A stretch of DNA of 64,000 nucleotides, taken from contig NC_068992.1 of NCBI RefSeq assembly GCF_001194135.2, positions 61,951,010 through 62,015,009 on the forward strand. Direction: 5' to 3'. Below, in pieces: positions 1 through 10,789 of this stretch (position 1 is its first letter; every line of letters starts with the position of its first letter). This DNA is from Octopus bimaculoides (Eukaryota). Both the position numbers and the translations under genes were made by a program. The notes beneath the pieces are model-generated. The model worked only from the letters and a program-made list of their open reading frames with translations, had not been told where the DNA came from and did no database searches.

Positions 1-6
1 ATGATG

Positions 7-40
<34 letters not shown>

Positions 41-57
41 TAATAATAATAATAATA

Positions 58-119
<62 letters not shown>

Positions 120-132
120 AATGATGATGATG

Positions 133-181
<49 letters not shown>
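1..181. repeat. Compound (ATA)n/(ATG)n trinucleotide microsatellite
   Basis: Direct reading; explains the poly-I/poly-M ORF at 1..231. Confidence 0.98.
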
Positions 182-184
<3 letters not shown>

Positions 185-189
185 TAACA

Positions 190-358
190 TCGAAAAATAC
201 CTTATGTTCGAAAGTTCCCCAAGTCACCTGATGAGGGCTGGAGGGTATATCAGCCGAAACGTTATATTAACAACAAACAAGATGAGGATAAATATCCGTC
301 AAATGTAAATAATGTAAATAATGTACATAATTCCTCATCTCTTAAATATAGAACTGTA
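190..358 (+). mobile_element. Short (TAA)n-associated repeat carrying a hammerhead-like motif, probably a Penelope-like terminal repeat or non-autonomous derivative
   Basis: Follows the (TAA)n tract directly; contains CTGATGA-stem II-GAAAC, then tandem AATGTAAAT units and a polyA-like end, an arrangement typical of PLE pseudo-LTRs. Confidence 0.55.
223..266 (+). ncRNA. Minimal type I hammerhead ribozyme motif (this copy probably decayed)
   Basis: GTCAC-CTGATGA(228-234)-G-GGCTG gagggtatat CAGCC-GAAA(256-259)-CGT-T-ATATT: both core boxes, a 5-bp stem II and palindromic ACGT stem III are present; the stem I 3' arm is mismatched. Confidence 0.6.
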
Positions 359-359
359 A

Positions 360-1375
360 GGTCAGAGAACTAATTTAGATTGAGTTGATAGGAGCAACGC
401 CCGATGATTGTCAGCTCTGAAAAGAACAATTAAATTAGAACCAAAAGATTTAGTATGGAAATAACGATAAAGAATTCTAGAATAGAGGGTGAACTAGTTA
501 GTGATCTAGAAGAGGCACTTAGAAAATGAATTGTGACTGACGTGCTGATGGTGAGATTGGTCATTGAGGGATTACTCAGCGCTAAATGCGAAGGCTGCAT
601 TGTCAGAGCAAGATTGAGTTCTCTGATCCATGATAATGCAAAAGCCGTTTATGAACCTGACTATAGAGGCGCAACTTGGCAGCAAAGCCACAATTCGGTC
701 TTTGATCAGGAGGGGCGCATGTAATTCGATTCCAAGCAGATATATGCAGCTTTTCAATTGTGCTTCGCTCAACTGTATGGAGTGGTCGGTGAGCTGGAGA
801 TGGGAATGATCTTTACCGCTTACATCCACAGTCTAGCGTTGCTCTCGAATGGAAATGGAGAGTTTTGACAACTTCAGGCCTATGACCTTGCTAAATGAAT
901 AGCTGAAGATGCTGTCGTTGGTACTCTAGTAGATGAGGTACAGACATGTGCCATACTAGAAAGATCTGTCCGTGACACCCTCCATCTCAAGCAATACATC
1001 ACAGAAAAGGTGGGTAAAGAACCGGGAATGGGTGGAGCCCTGATCAATTTAGATTGGTTGAAAGCTTTTCAATACTTGACGGCTGTCCCAAAGGCGGCTG
1101 GTTTTTGATTCATCTTCTATCTGTTGGAATCATTTAGTATCTTGAGTTCGGTCCGTCAGGGATGTCCTTTCTCTCCACGTTTTAACGTACTGACTCTATA
1201 GCCACTACTGCAGAAAATGGAAGTTTCGCTGGGCATCCCATCTATGATGCAGAAGATCAGTGTTTTCACATCTTCAGCGTGATAACGTCGGTCTAAATTG
1301 GGGTTTGTTTAGCAGATACGTCCCTCAGTTTTTGTTTAAAGAAAGAAAGATGGCGGACTGGGATTGCTTATCCAC
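360..1375 (+). mobile_element. L1/Tx1-clade LINE ORF2 remnant (linker plus reverse transcriptase), with stops and frameshifts
   Basis: Piecewise translation: DNFRPMTLLN..LKML, LVDEVQTCAILERS, GALINLD..KAF, SVRQGCPFSP (about 1150-1178), KDGGLGL; these are L1-type RT motifs. Confidence 0.85.
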
Positions 1376-1379
1376 TGAA

Positions 1380-3620
1380 AAGAAGAGCTAACTATCCGCA
1401 GAAGAGAACAGTGAAATTGTAAAAATCAGTGGCAGCAGCCACCACCTACACAAGCATAAATACAACGGAAACAGTGGCAGACCATATTTCTAAAGAAAAC
1501 AAACGGTTTTTCACAAACGTATCGTTGATGTGTCAGAAAAAAACGAAAAAAAAAAAAAAACGTTAAGTGACGCCAAAGCGCACTTATCAAAGAATGGAAG
1601 AACAATATTTCTAAACACGTCAAAGGAAATACATGAATATACTAGAAAAATCCATTATCTACAAGAGTATTTAATCAAAAACCAGGAGACTAGGGTGAAT
1701 GACGCAGGTCCAGATTAAAAATTGCCAAAGACCAGTTTGAGGTGTAAAAACTTACATCACCTGAAGGAGACGCTTAGGCACTGTTGAGGTGAGATTCCCA
1801 ACTGAAAAAAAAAAGCCAAAGAAAGAGCAGCAACAACCTTCAAAAGTGACAAATTGTGGTTAATTCCGACATATCTCAGTCGGAGGGTGATTAAAATAAA
1901 GGTAGCAGAAGTACCACCAGAAGTGGACATTTCTGTGCTTGTGGCAGCCGTATTATACGATATAGAGAATAAAACAAGTCTCCAAGTCCACAAAGATGGC
2001 AAAGAAAAAATGTTCAGGAATGGGAATGGAATTATTGATACAGACCGATTAGATGAGTATCGAAGGCATGCCTGATCTGATCAACCCATAATGGTACACA
2101 GGTATTTGTAGCAGTTGAGTGCAGAAAGCCGAGATGCCAGATTTGTGGCGAGACAAACCACTTAAAGGCTTTCTGCCCCATGCAAAGAAAAGAAAAAACC
2201 CCTGCTGCTGCTGCTGGCACCTCTAACAAAACAGCATCAGCGTGAATAGCAACAGCAGCAGCATCAACAACGTCACCAATAGCATCAACAGAAGGAGCAG
2301 CAGGAGAAATCCATTCAACAACATCAAAAGCAAGCCCCGATAATACACCCTAGAAAAGTAATAAAATCACTTGCATCATAAACGACCAACTTAGAAATGC
2401 GCGACTGTGAAAACATACCTCACCTTCTTGCCACGGATTTCTTCGACTGTAAAAGCTCGTCTAGAGAAGAAAACAGTTTGGGAAAACCAGCAGAATAAAT
2501 CCTGGTGAGAGGAATAAGAAAAAAAAATGCCAAATGAAAAGCATTGTAAAAGACTAAAAACGAAGACATTAGAGGACAAGACACTATCATACAACGCACT
2601 CTGTACCTACAAAACTACAAACATCTCCAAATATCATTAACATTACGAACGCCTCAGTAATGCAGGCCAACAACATGTGCAGCCCTCCCAAGGCATCATC
2701 AATTACACGGCCATAAATACAAAACACAAAAGATTAAATCATATTGGAAAATACACAGACATTGCTCTAAATGAATACATCGCACCTCCGCATAACAACT
2801 ATTCACATAAAAATTATAAAACCAACGTAAACTTACAAGAAACTGGAAACGAAATATCACAAAAAAAGGAGATTTCTGTGGGGCCATAAACAAAAGACTC
2901 TACAAAGAAATGCTTGTGGAGATACCCACAAAAATCCAGAAGGTCAGAACGTTTGTTTCTCCACAGAAATAGGGTAAGTGCTTTTCTTGCTTCTCCTCTC
3001 TGTAAAACATGGTCTTGTTTTGAACACGCAGTATAAGTGCACGTGGCCTGAGGTTGCCTTGAAAACAAGGCTAAATACTCAGTGACCTCAGGTCATCTAG
3101 GTCGTACCTAGATAGTTTCTAGACCAGTTGAAAAAGATAGCATTAGTTGCCCACTTTTGTAAATAGTTAGCGGCACAGACCACAAGTGTGTGATCTGCAC
3201 AGTCGGCCTAGATAGGCTTCGTAGGCAAGACCCGGTTACTGGAAGTTGAATGCGTTACTCTCGGCGTGCCAAACTTAAAGAAACTGAGAGTAGCGAATTA
3301 TTTAAGCCACCGTTGATGGGGCCAATCGTCAACAAAAAATGGTGGTTTGCCCTGAAAAGGGGAATTAAAGTAGAATCCATTAGGTTTAGTAAAGCATTAG
3401 CGATAGAAAGTAAGAAAATAGAGGGAAGCAGTCAGAAACTTAGAAGAGGAGGCGCTTCGGAAAGTCATCCCAAGCAACATGCTCACGATGAGACTGGCCT
3501 TGGACCAATTCAACCCTAAACACGAGGGATGCATTGTTAGAGCCAAGAAACGAGGGGGCAAAAGCTGTTCGATGGGCCTGAATGACAGAAGCGTAACGTG
3601 ACAAAAAAGCAACAATTCGG
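1380..3620 (+). mobile_element. Second L1/Tx1-clade LINE remnant: ORF1 (gag-like, CCHC knuckle) and ORF2 endonuclease end/linker
   Basis: CQICGETNHLKAFC (C-X2-C-X4-H-X4-C) at 2135-2176; SYLD, RPGYWKLN and KWWFALKRGIK at about 3100-3400, typical of the L1/Tx1 APE C-terminus and linker. Confidence 0.75.
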
Positions 3621-3780
3621 TCTTTCGTGGGTCAAAATGAACAACCCCAGGAAATCTGCCACTTTTGAGGAATTTTTCGTTGTTATTGTTTTCACTGATT
3701 ACACGTTTCTAATTATCTAACCCCTCATTGTATTGTCCTGTGCGATAGCCAATGGCTTTTGGGAACCCTTAGTGGTGAAT

Positions 3781-3990
3781 GGCGCAAGTTGGCATAGTCG
3801 TTAGCACGCCGGGAAAAATGCTTAGCGGTATTTCGCCCGTCGCTATGTCCCGAGTTCAAATTCCGCCGAGGTCGACTTTGCCTTTAATCCTTTCGGGGTC
3901 AATAAAATAAGTACCAGTTGAACACGAGGGCCGAGATAATCGACTAGTCCCCTTCCCCAAATTTCAGGTCCTGTGCCTATAGTAGAAAGG
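3781..3990 (+). mobile_element. tRNA-derived SINE, family A, followed by an (ATT)n tail
   Basis: A-box-like TGGCATAGTCG, B-box-like GAGTTCAAATTCC, central GCCTTT(C/A)ATCCTTTCGGGGTC..TAAAATAAGTACCAG domain; many copies in the window. Confidence 0.9.
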
Positions 3991-4029
<39 letters not shown>

Positions 4030-4211
4030 ATTATTATTATTATTTTGTAGTAGTAGTAGCAGCAGCAGCTTCATGAAGAAAATTGGTCTTAGCGAGCAAA
4101 TCTAGGATGAAAAGCCATCCAGCCATGCCTATCGTATCTTTTCGTGAGTTACAGTCTGCTCAAAATTGCATTACTCAAAGCCTCCTTCTTTCATATAACA
4201 GTAGTGTTATT

Positions 4212-4450
4212 GAGGGAATTTGACTGCCATTTCAAGCAGGTCGACTGACCACGTAAAGACTCCCTTACCGGTTGTTAATGTTGTCGTTTAGCTCCAGGTC
4301 AGTCCTGATCGAGCAGAGCTACGATCGAATGCATTCCAGCCGTGACCATCTAATCATTTTCGTATGTGCTGGGATGAAGACGGTGACGAGTGATTTGAGA
4401 GAATATTTGGCTGCTATGTCTAGCAGATTGAGTGATCGCGTAGAGTCTCG
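4212..4450 (+). repeat. Short dispersed repeat with GAATTTG(G/A)CTGCTATTTCTAGCAG core (related copies at about 5780-5805, 31976-31994, 47250-47500)
   Basis: The same core recurs at several positions; the adjacent TCCAGCC(A/G)TGACCATC module also recurs at about 4120, 4345 and 33770. Confidence 0.7.
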
Positions 4451-4763
4451 GCTCCTTTGTTGATGCATGATGGTGGTGGTTGTGGTGGGAGAAGAGAGAA
4501 TGAGGACATATGAGAAATTATAACAAAGCGACAGGGATTAGGAGTAGCAGGAGGAGAAGAAGGGGGAGGAGGAGGAGGTACACTGCTAAAGGAGCACGCA
4601 GAGTGGGAGAGAGAGCAGATACGTAGGAAGGGATGAGCGGGAAGGGAAGGAGGAGGAGGAGAAAACTCATGTGAGGTGAGGAAGAGGAGAGAGCGCGAAA
4701 GACAGGCGCGGTTGGCTAATGTAAGGCTTAGGAGTTGGACACAGCTGGAAGTGTGCATGTGTG

Positions 4764-4797
<34 letters not shown>

Positions 4798-5187
4798 GAT
4801 ATGTGTGTTAGTGTGTGTATGTGCATATGTGAGCTTATAAATATGTGTGTGTGTGTGTATATATATATATGTCTGTGTATGTGTGGAATACACGTGTGTA
4901 CATATATATGTGTGTGTGTGTGGTTGTGTAGAATATGTTGTGTATGTTTATGTGCATGTCTATATGTGTGTATATGTGTTTGTGTGTGTGTGTGTGTGTG
5001 GCTATGTGTGTATGTGTGTGTACGGAATATGTTGTGCATATGTAGTGTGTGTGTGTGTGTGCGTGTGTGCGTGCGCGCGCACTTTGTGCTGTGTATAGTA
5101 TGCACTGATTGTGTAGTGTTATACAGAATGTGTATGTGTGCATGTATGTGTCATCTGTGTCTGTGAGCGTGTATGCATGTGTATATG

Positions 5188-5259
<72 letters not shown>

Positions 5260-5382
5260 TTTATAATAGTCTGGATAACGCGTGTGTTTAAAGAAAAAAC
5301 GCGAGAGGTATGTGATGGAGAGACAAATAGACAGAGAAACAGACAGAAGAGATAGACGGATAGATAGATAGATGGATAGATG

Positions 5383-5480
<98 letters not shown>

Positions 5481-5574
5481 AGTGGGAGAGAAAGAGTGAT
5501 AAATCAGCAACAGTTGCCACTCACATGCAACAGGGCAGTGGCAGCAGCCGCAGCAGCAGCAGCAGCAGTAGTAC

Positions 5575-5608
<34 letters not shown>

Positions 5609-5932
5609 TGTTTTTTTCCAGTCCCAGGACGACGTACCTGATTTCAACAGAACGGTCCTGTGATCAAAGACGCTCGGGCCGTGATTATCCTGCCTGTTTT
5701 CCAAAATATTGTGTTTCTTGGACTACATAATCAAATGTATGGCATTTCTGTCAAAAGAGAGTAAGATACAATCTGAACGATTATTTGGCTGCTATTTCTA
5801 GCAGTATTGGTGATAGCAGTTGTAGTAATAGCAGCATCATCATCATCACCAGCAGCAGCAGCAGCAAAAGTAGTAGTAGAATCCGTAATGATAGTAATAG
5901 CTGCAATTGTACATGCAACAGTAACAGAACAA

Positions 5933-5976
<44 letters not shown>

Positions 5977-6079
5977 ACTGTGGTGGTGGTGGTGGTTTAA
6001 AAAATCAGTCACGGTATATCAGTATCAACTGTGTGTGAGGGTGCCTGAATGTATGTGTTTGTTTGTGTGTCGCTGTATT

Positions 6080-6130
<51 letters not shown>

Positions 6131-6283
6131 NNNNNNNNNNNNNNNNNNNNNNNNNNNNNNNNNNNNNNNNNNNNNNNNNNNNNNNNNNNNNNNNNNNNNN
6201 NNNNNNNNNNNNNNNNNNNNNNNNNNNNNNNNNNNNNNNNNNNNNNNNNNNNNNNNNNNNNNNNNNNNNNNNNNNNNNNNNNN

Positions 6284-6325
<42 letters not shown>

Positions 6326-6560
6326 ATATATATATATGATATAATCACACATACATGCATAAACACATCGACATACGTGTATATATGTCGATGTGGATAG
6401 TGACAGACAGATAGACAATGAGACAGAGGTAGATAGTATGTTAGAGAGAGAGAGAGAGAGAGAGAGTGAGAGTGAGAGAAGGGGAGAGAGAGAGAGTGAG
6501 AGTGAGAGAAGGGGAGAGAGAGAGAGAGAGTGAGAGAGAGGGAACGGTAACGGGGTGAAC
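4450..6560. repeat. Block of compound microsatellites: (GT)n, (GTA)n, (GATA)n, (GA)n, (GCA)n, (TA)n
   Basis: Direct reading. Confidence 0.95.
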
Positions 6561-6765
6561 AATTAAAATGGGTCTATTTTTACATTTATGATTCATGAAT
6601 GAGATGGAAGATAGAGTTATGGCGATGGTGACGGAGATACCGGTGATGATGGTTGTGGTGGCAGTGGTGGTAGTGGTGGTGTAGGTTCAGGTGCTGGTGG
6701 TAGTGATGGTTGTGGTAATACTGAAGATGGTGGTAGTGGTTGATGGTTCTAGTGGNNNNNNNNNN

Positions 6766-6814
<49 letters not shown>

Positions 6815-6940
6815 GTGGTGATAGTGGTGCTGGAGGATGAGGTAATGGAAGAGGTTGTGGGAGGATGGAGGTGGTGAGAAGTATTGAATATTCGTTCTGG
6901 GTTTCGATATTTAGTTCCGTCTTCTCGCCAGAAATGTTAA

Positions 6941-7172
6941 GGCCCGAACTGGCAGAATCGTTAGCACGCCGGGCGAAATGCTTAGCGGTATTTCGTCTGC
7001 CGTTACGTTCTGAGTTCAAATTCCGCCATGGTCGACTTTGCCTTTCATCCTTTCGGAGTCGATAAAGTAAGTACCAGTTACGCAATGGGGTCGATGTATT
7101 CGACTTAATCCCTTTGTATGTCCTTGCTTGTCCCCTCTATGTTTAGCCCCTTGTGGGCAATAAAGAAATAAG
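6941..7172 (+). mobile_element. tRNA-derived SINE, family A, variant 3' tail (CTTTGTATGTCCTTG..GTGGGCAATAAAGAAATAAG)
   Basis: Head matches the 3781 copy; tail is shared with the 15505 and 60576 copies. Confidence 0.9.
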
Positions 7173-7578
7173 AAATATGTATATATGTATTAATATAAAT
7201 AATATATAAATATATGCATTAATCCATACATATATGTACATACCGACATCTATATGTATATATACATGCATAAATGGGTGCAAAACATCAAAAAAAAAAA
7301 AAAAACGTTAAACACAATGAGAAACGAAAACATAAAAATGAAAACATAGACAACGAACTTTTTTCGAACAACGAAAAAAACAGAGAAACGAGACATACAA
7401 CATAAAGAATATACCCCTTCGTCAGTTGTCCCTGTTTCATCCACTCCGCGTTTCAGAAATATGTTACAAAAACAAAATAGAAACTACACATGGAAATGTA
7501 AGGGGAAAGTAAGAAGAAAAATAAGTGAAAAATGCACATTGGAAATCAAAAACAGGAAAGGCTTTTTATGAAAAGTAA

Positions 7579-7650
<72 letters not shown>

Positions 7651-7841
7651 ACACTTATACATGCACATATACACATACATATCCATACATAACCACATAC
7701 ACACGCACATATATATATATATATACATATAGAGACACATATATGTATACATGTATACTTACATACATGTATACTTACATACATGCATACACACACACAC
7801 GCACGCATACATACATACATACACACATATATTTTTAATGC

Positions 7842-7872
<31 letters not shown>

Positions 7873-7904
7873 TGGACGCACACACATATATGCCCATACA
7901 TATA

Positions 7905-8280
7905 CATAAGTGTGAGTGTGTGTGCTCGGGCGTGGTGTACGTTCGGCGTTCCATGATGCGGATTCAGCTATCCGAGATGGACTGAATTATCTTCTCTTTG
8001 ATTAATCTGTAAGTGGCAGAGTATCTCACAAACACGTGTACCCTTAGAGCGTTTCTCAGGCAGAATCAATGTGCTGCAATAATTTGCATTTTCAGTTCAA
8101 ATCGGATATAATCTACCCGACAGGCTTCTGTACAGTTTTCGTGCAATCGCCTTCACTCAAAAAGGAATGGGTCGACTCAAAGCTATAGAAGATTATATTT
8201 GCCCAAGATACCACGCAATGGGCTCGAAGCCAAGATCTCAAGGTTGCAAAGCGAACTTCTAAACTATCCGCTCACACTGC
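7905..8280 (-). mobile_element. Old composite SINE (family B tRNA head plus family C-like body)
   Basis: 8105-8280 aligns by eye to the B head seen at 32650-32813; 7905-8100 resembles the C body (CACGTGTACCCTTA); similar composite at 56115-56435. Confidence 0.55.
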
Positions 8281-8330
8281 ACCAGATGTGAGTTTGTGTG
8301 TGTATGTGTGCATGTGTATGTATGTATGTA

Positions 8331-8443
8331 TGTCATTGTTCAGTTTTATTTCAAGAATTCTTGCCAATAGAGAAAGAGCCAGTTTTTAACCGAGATCCAA
8401 AGCTCCTTCATTACAATTTCAACATCAACAACAGGATAATTTT
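8331..8443 (-). mobile_element. Solo 3'-terminal fragment of the RLE-type retroelement at 43640-44240, embedded in (TATG)n
   Basis: Reverse complement matches 44130-44240 (GGATCT.GGTTA.AAAC..GCTCTTTCTC.ATTGGCAAGAA.TCTTGAAATAAAACTGAA). Confidence 0.8.
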
Positions 8444-8490
8444 GTATGTATGTATGTATGTATGTATGCATGTATATATGTATGTATGTT

Positions 8491-8563
<73 letters not shown>

Positions 8564-8788
8564 CTTTGTGAGTTGTGTGTGTACACACACACACATAGAT
8601 TGTCTATAATTTATCTTTACAACTTCCACAATTTATTGTATCTATTAAAGTTGAGATCCACCAATCAACTTCTTTGCCTGTTAAATAATTATTATTATAG
8701 TTTTAGTTTAATTACTTTGTTTTAATAGTTAAGTCACTTTCGTTTGGCTTAAAAACCATTTTTTTATCGTCCCTGAATTTTAATGAAA

Positions 8789-9170
8789 ATGATATCACTA
8801 CAAAAGAAAGCGCAATGTGTACCCTGGTTCATAGAGACCAAATCAGAGACTTGAATCCAGCAGAATTACTGTGCAAAGCATGGAGAAGAATCACCAACTC
8901 GTGTAAACATCCGTTTCTGTTTATGGAAACAGGAAACAGGGGCTGGATGACAAAACATCTGTAGAAGACGTTGAGGGAATTCGAATAGCATTTCATCTTA
9001 GGGCTACTAAGTCCTTTCGTACCGCATGTAGACAATTAAGTTTACCAAGGTCAACAATTTATAAAACTTAGCACACGAAACTGGAGATTTATGCTTACAA
9101 AGAGCAGCTTTTGCAAGAACGTCAGCCAGGTGACAAATCCCAAAGGAAACATTTTCAGTGGACATATTTT
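8789..9170 (+). mobile_element. Tc1/mariner-superfamily transposase N-terminal remnant (DUF4817-like HTH), pseudogenised
   Basis: MISLQKKAQCVPWFIETKSET*IQQNY..KHG..SP..FMETG..TSVEDVEGIRIAF..TKSFRTACRQLSLPRSTIYK..KLEIYAYK.QLLQ, which matches the known KAQCVxWFIETKS..RQLxLPRST..AYKxQ family pattern. Confidence 0.8.
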
Positions 9171-9403
9171 AAATGATTGATCTTCCTTCTAGCTACCTCA
9201 TTGCGAAGCGCAATGATTTCTTGTGTAATATTTTAAAATTAATTTTTAAATGAATTTCAATCATATTTTAATCTATTCGCAACTTGTAAAATTAAAAAAA
9301 AAAACGTTTAAGCTTCTTCCCCCTTATGTTTGTCTGTCCTTGTTTGTCCCCTCTCTGTAACGCCTCCAATGGCGAATTTTAATGAAATATAGAAGCTTTA
9401 TTA

Positions 9404-9476
9404 GCACAACAATCGTTTCGGCTTCGTTCTGCACTGCTCCCTAGTGGGTGTGGGATGATGTAATGTCATCAGATGC
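9404..9476 (-). ncRNA. Second hammerhead-like motif (degenerate stem II)
   Basis: Minus strand: GCAT-CTGATGA-46 nt-GAAAC-GATT-GT-T-GTGC-TAATAAAG; stem I and stem III can form, but stem II has no closing pair. Confidence 0.35.
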
Positions 9477-10789
9477 AACATACAGTGCAGGATTCAATCA
9501 CAGTCCTCCGTGTCTTAACATGGGTCTCCTGACGACAAAGTAAACTTCATTTAACCAAGATACCCTTGGCCTCAAGAGTAGCCTGCGTTATACACTTCGC
9601 TTGGATATTTACCCCTTCCGAGGTTCCGCTCTCAGTGAAACAGATGTAGCCCGGATTTTGTCTACTCTATTCCTTAACGCTTGAATTTTTATTCGCATGC
9701 CTGGCAATCCTGGCGTCCTCCCGTGAAATATAAAATAATTTTTTTCAGCTTATCGTGCTTCGATACGGAAGANNNNNNNNNNNNNNNNNNNNNNNNNNNN
9801 NNNNNNNNNNNNNNNNNNNNNNNNNNNNNNNNNNNNNNNNNNNNNNNNNNNNNNNNNNNNNNNNNNNNNNNNNNNNNNNNNNNNNNNNNNNNNNNNNNNN
9901 NNNNNNNNNNNNNNNNNNNNNNNNNNNNNNNNNNNNNNNNNNNNNNNNNNNNNNNNNNNNNNNNNNNNNNNNNNNNNNNNNNNNNNNNNNNNNNNNNNNN
10001 NNNNNNNNNNNNNNNNNNNNNNNNNNNNNNNNNNNNNNNNNNNNNNNNNNNNNNNNNNNNNNNNNNNNNNNNNNNNNNNNNNNNNNNNNNNNNNNNNNNN
10101 NNNNNNNNNNNNNNNTATTTAGATATATTTCTTGTGTACACACTGATTATTATTGGTGATACATTTTTTTATATTAATCACGTTTCTAAATCTACTACCT
10201 AAAATTGCAATTTTTAATTCGCAATTATTATAGTTCATCCAGAAAGTATTATCCAATTAATTAGCGTATTATATTTACCCGTGAATTTTCTCTCAATCAC
10301 GTGTTCCTAAGGAAGATATATTCAGGTTGATTAATATAACAAGCTACATTAGTTATATAGTTTGTAATCTTCTGACATGCGTTAAACTTAAAGTGGGCTT
10401 TTTAAGATGCTTTATTTTATATACGGTTACGTTGTTTATATAAACTATTGTAGGTTACCCACACACCCTTTAGAGAATAAATACTTTCCAGTCACATTAA
10501 TATGCGTATATTCATATCTATTGATATATACAGAAGGTTACAATCTCCGACACATAAAGTACGTATTTCACAAATTCGTTTGTTTATACTCCAGTATTTG
10601 TCCAAAATATACCAAACTTTAATTACTTTACATATACCAGTGTCCGTGAAAATTACAATCTAAAATGTCCGTATAGCATTATTCCATGTCGTAGATCTCC
10701 ATTGTTTGCAATGACATTATTCCATATTATAGATCTCTAGCTCGTCTTTGTAATTGGTTTTGATACTATCCAGGATTTTTTGGTGTTTT

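Noticed and set aside
2955-2980. Apparent 7-nt micro-exon (CCACAG|AAATAGG|GTAAGT)
   Set aside because: Lies inside the Tx1 remnant; likely chance
3781-3870. tRNA-like A/B boxes as tRNA genes
   Set aside because: No cloverleaf, and each continues into a SINE body; same for all SINE heads
7380-7445. Minus-strand CTGACGA/CTGATGA in a repeat also seen at 54200-54265
   Set aside because: No GAAA box after the putative stem II
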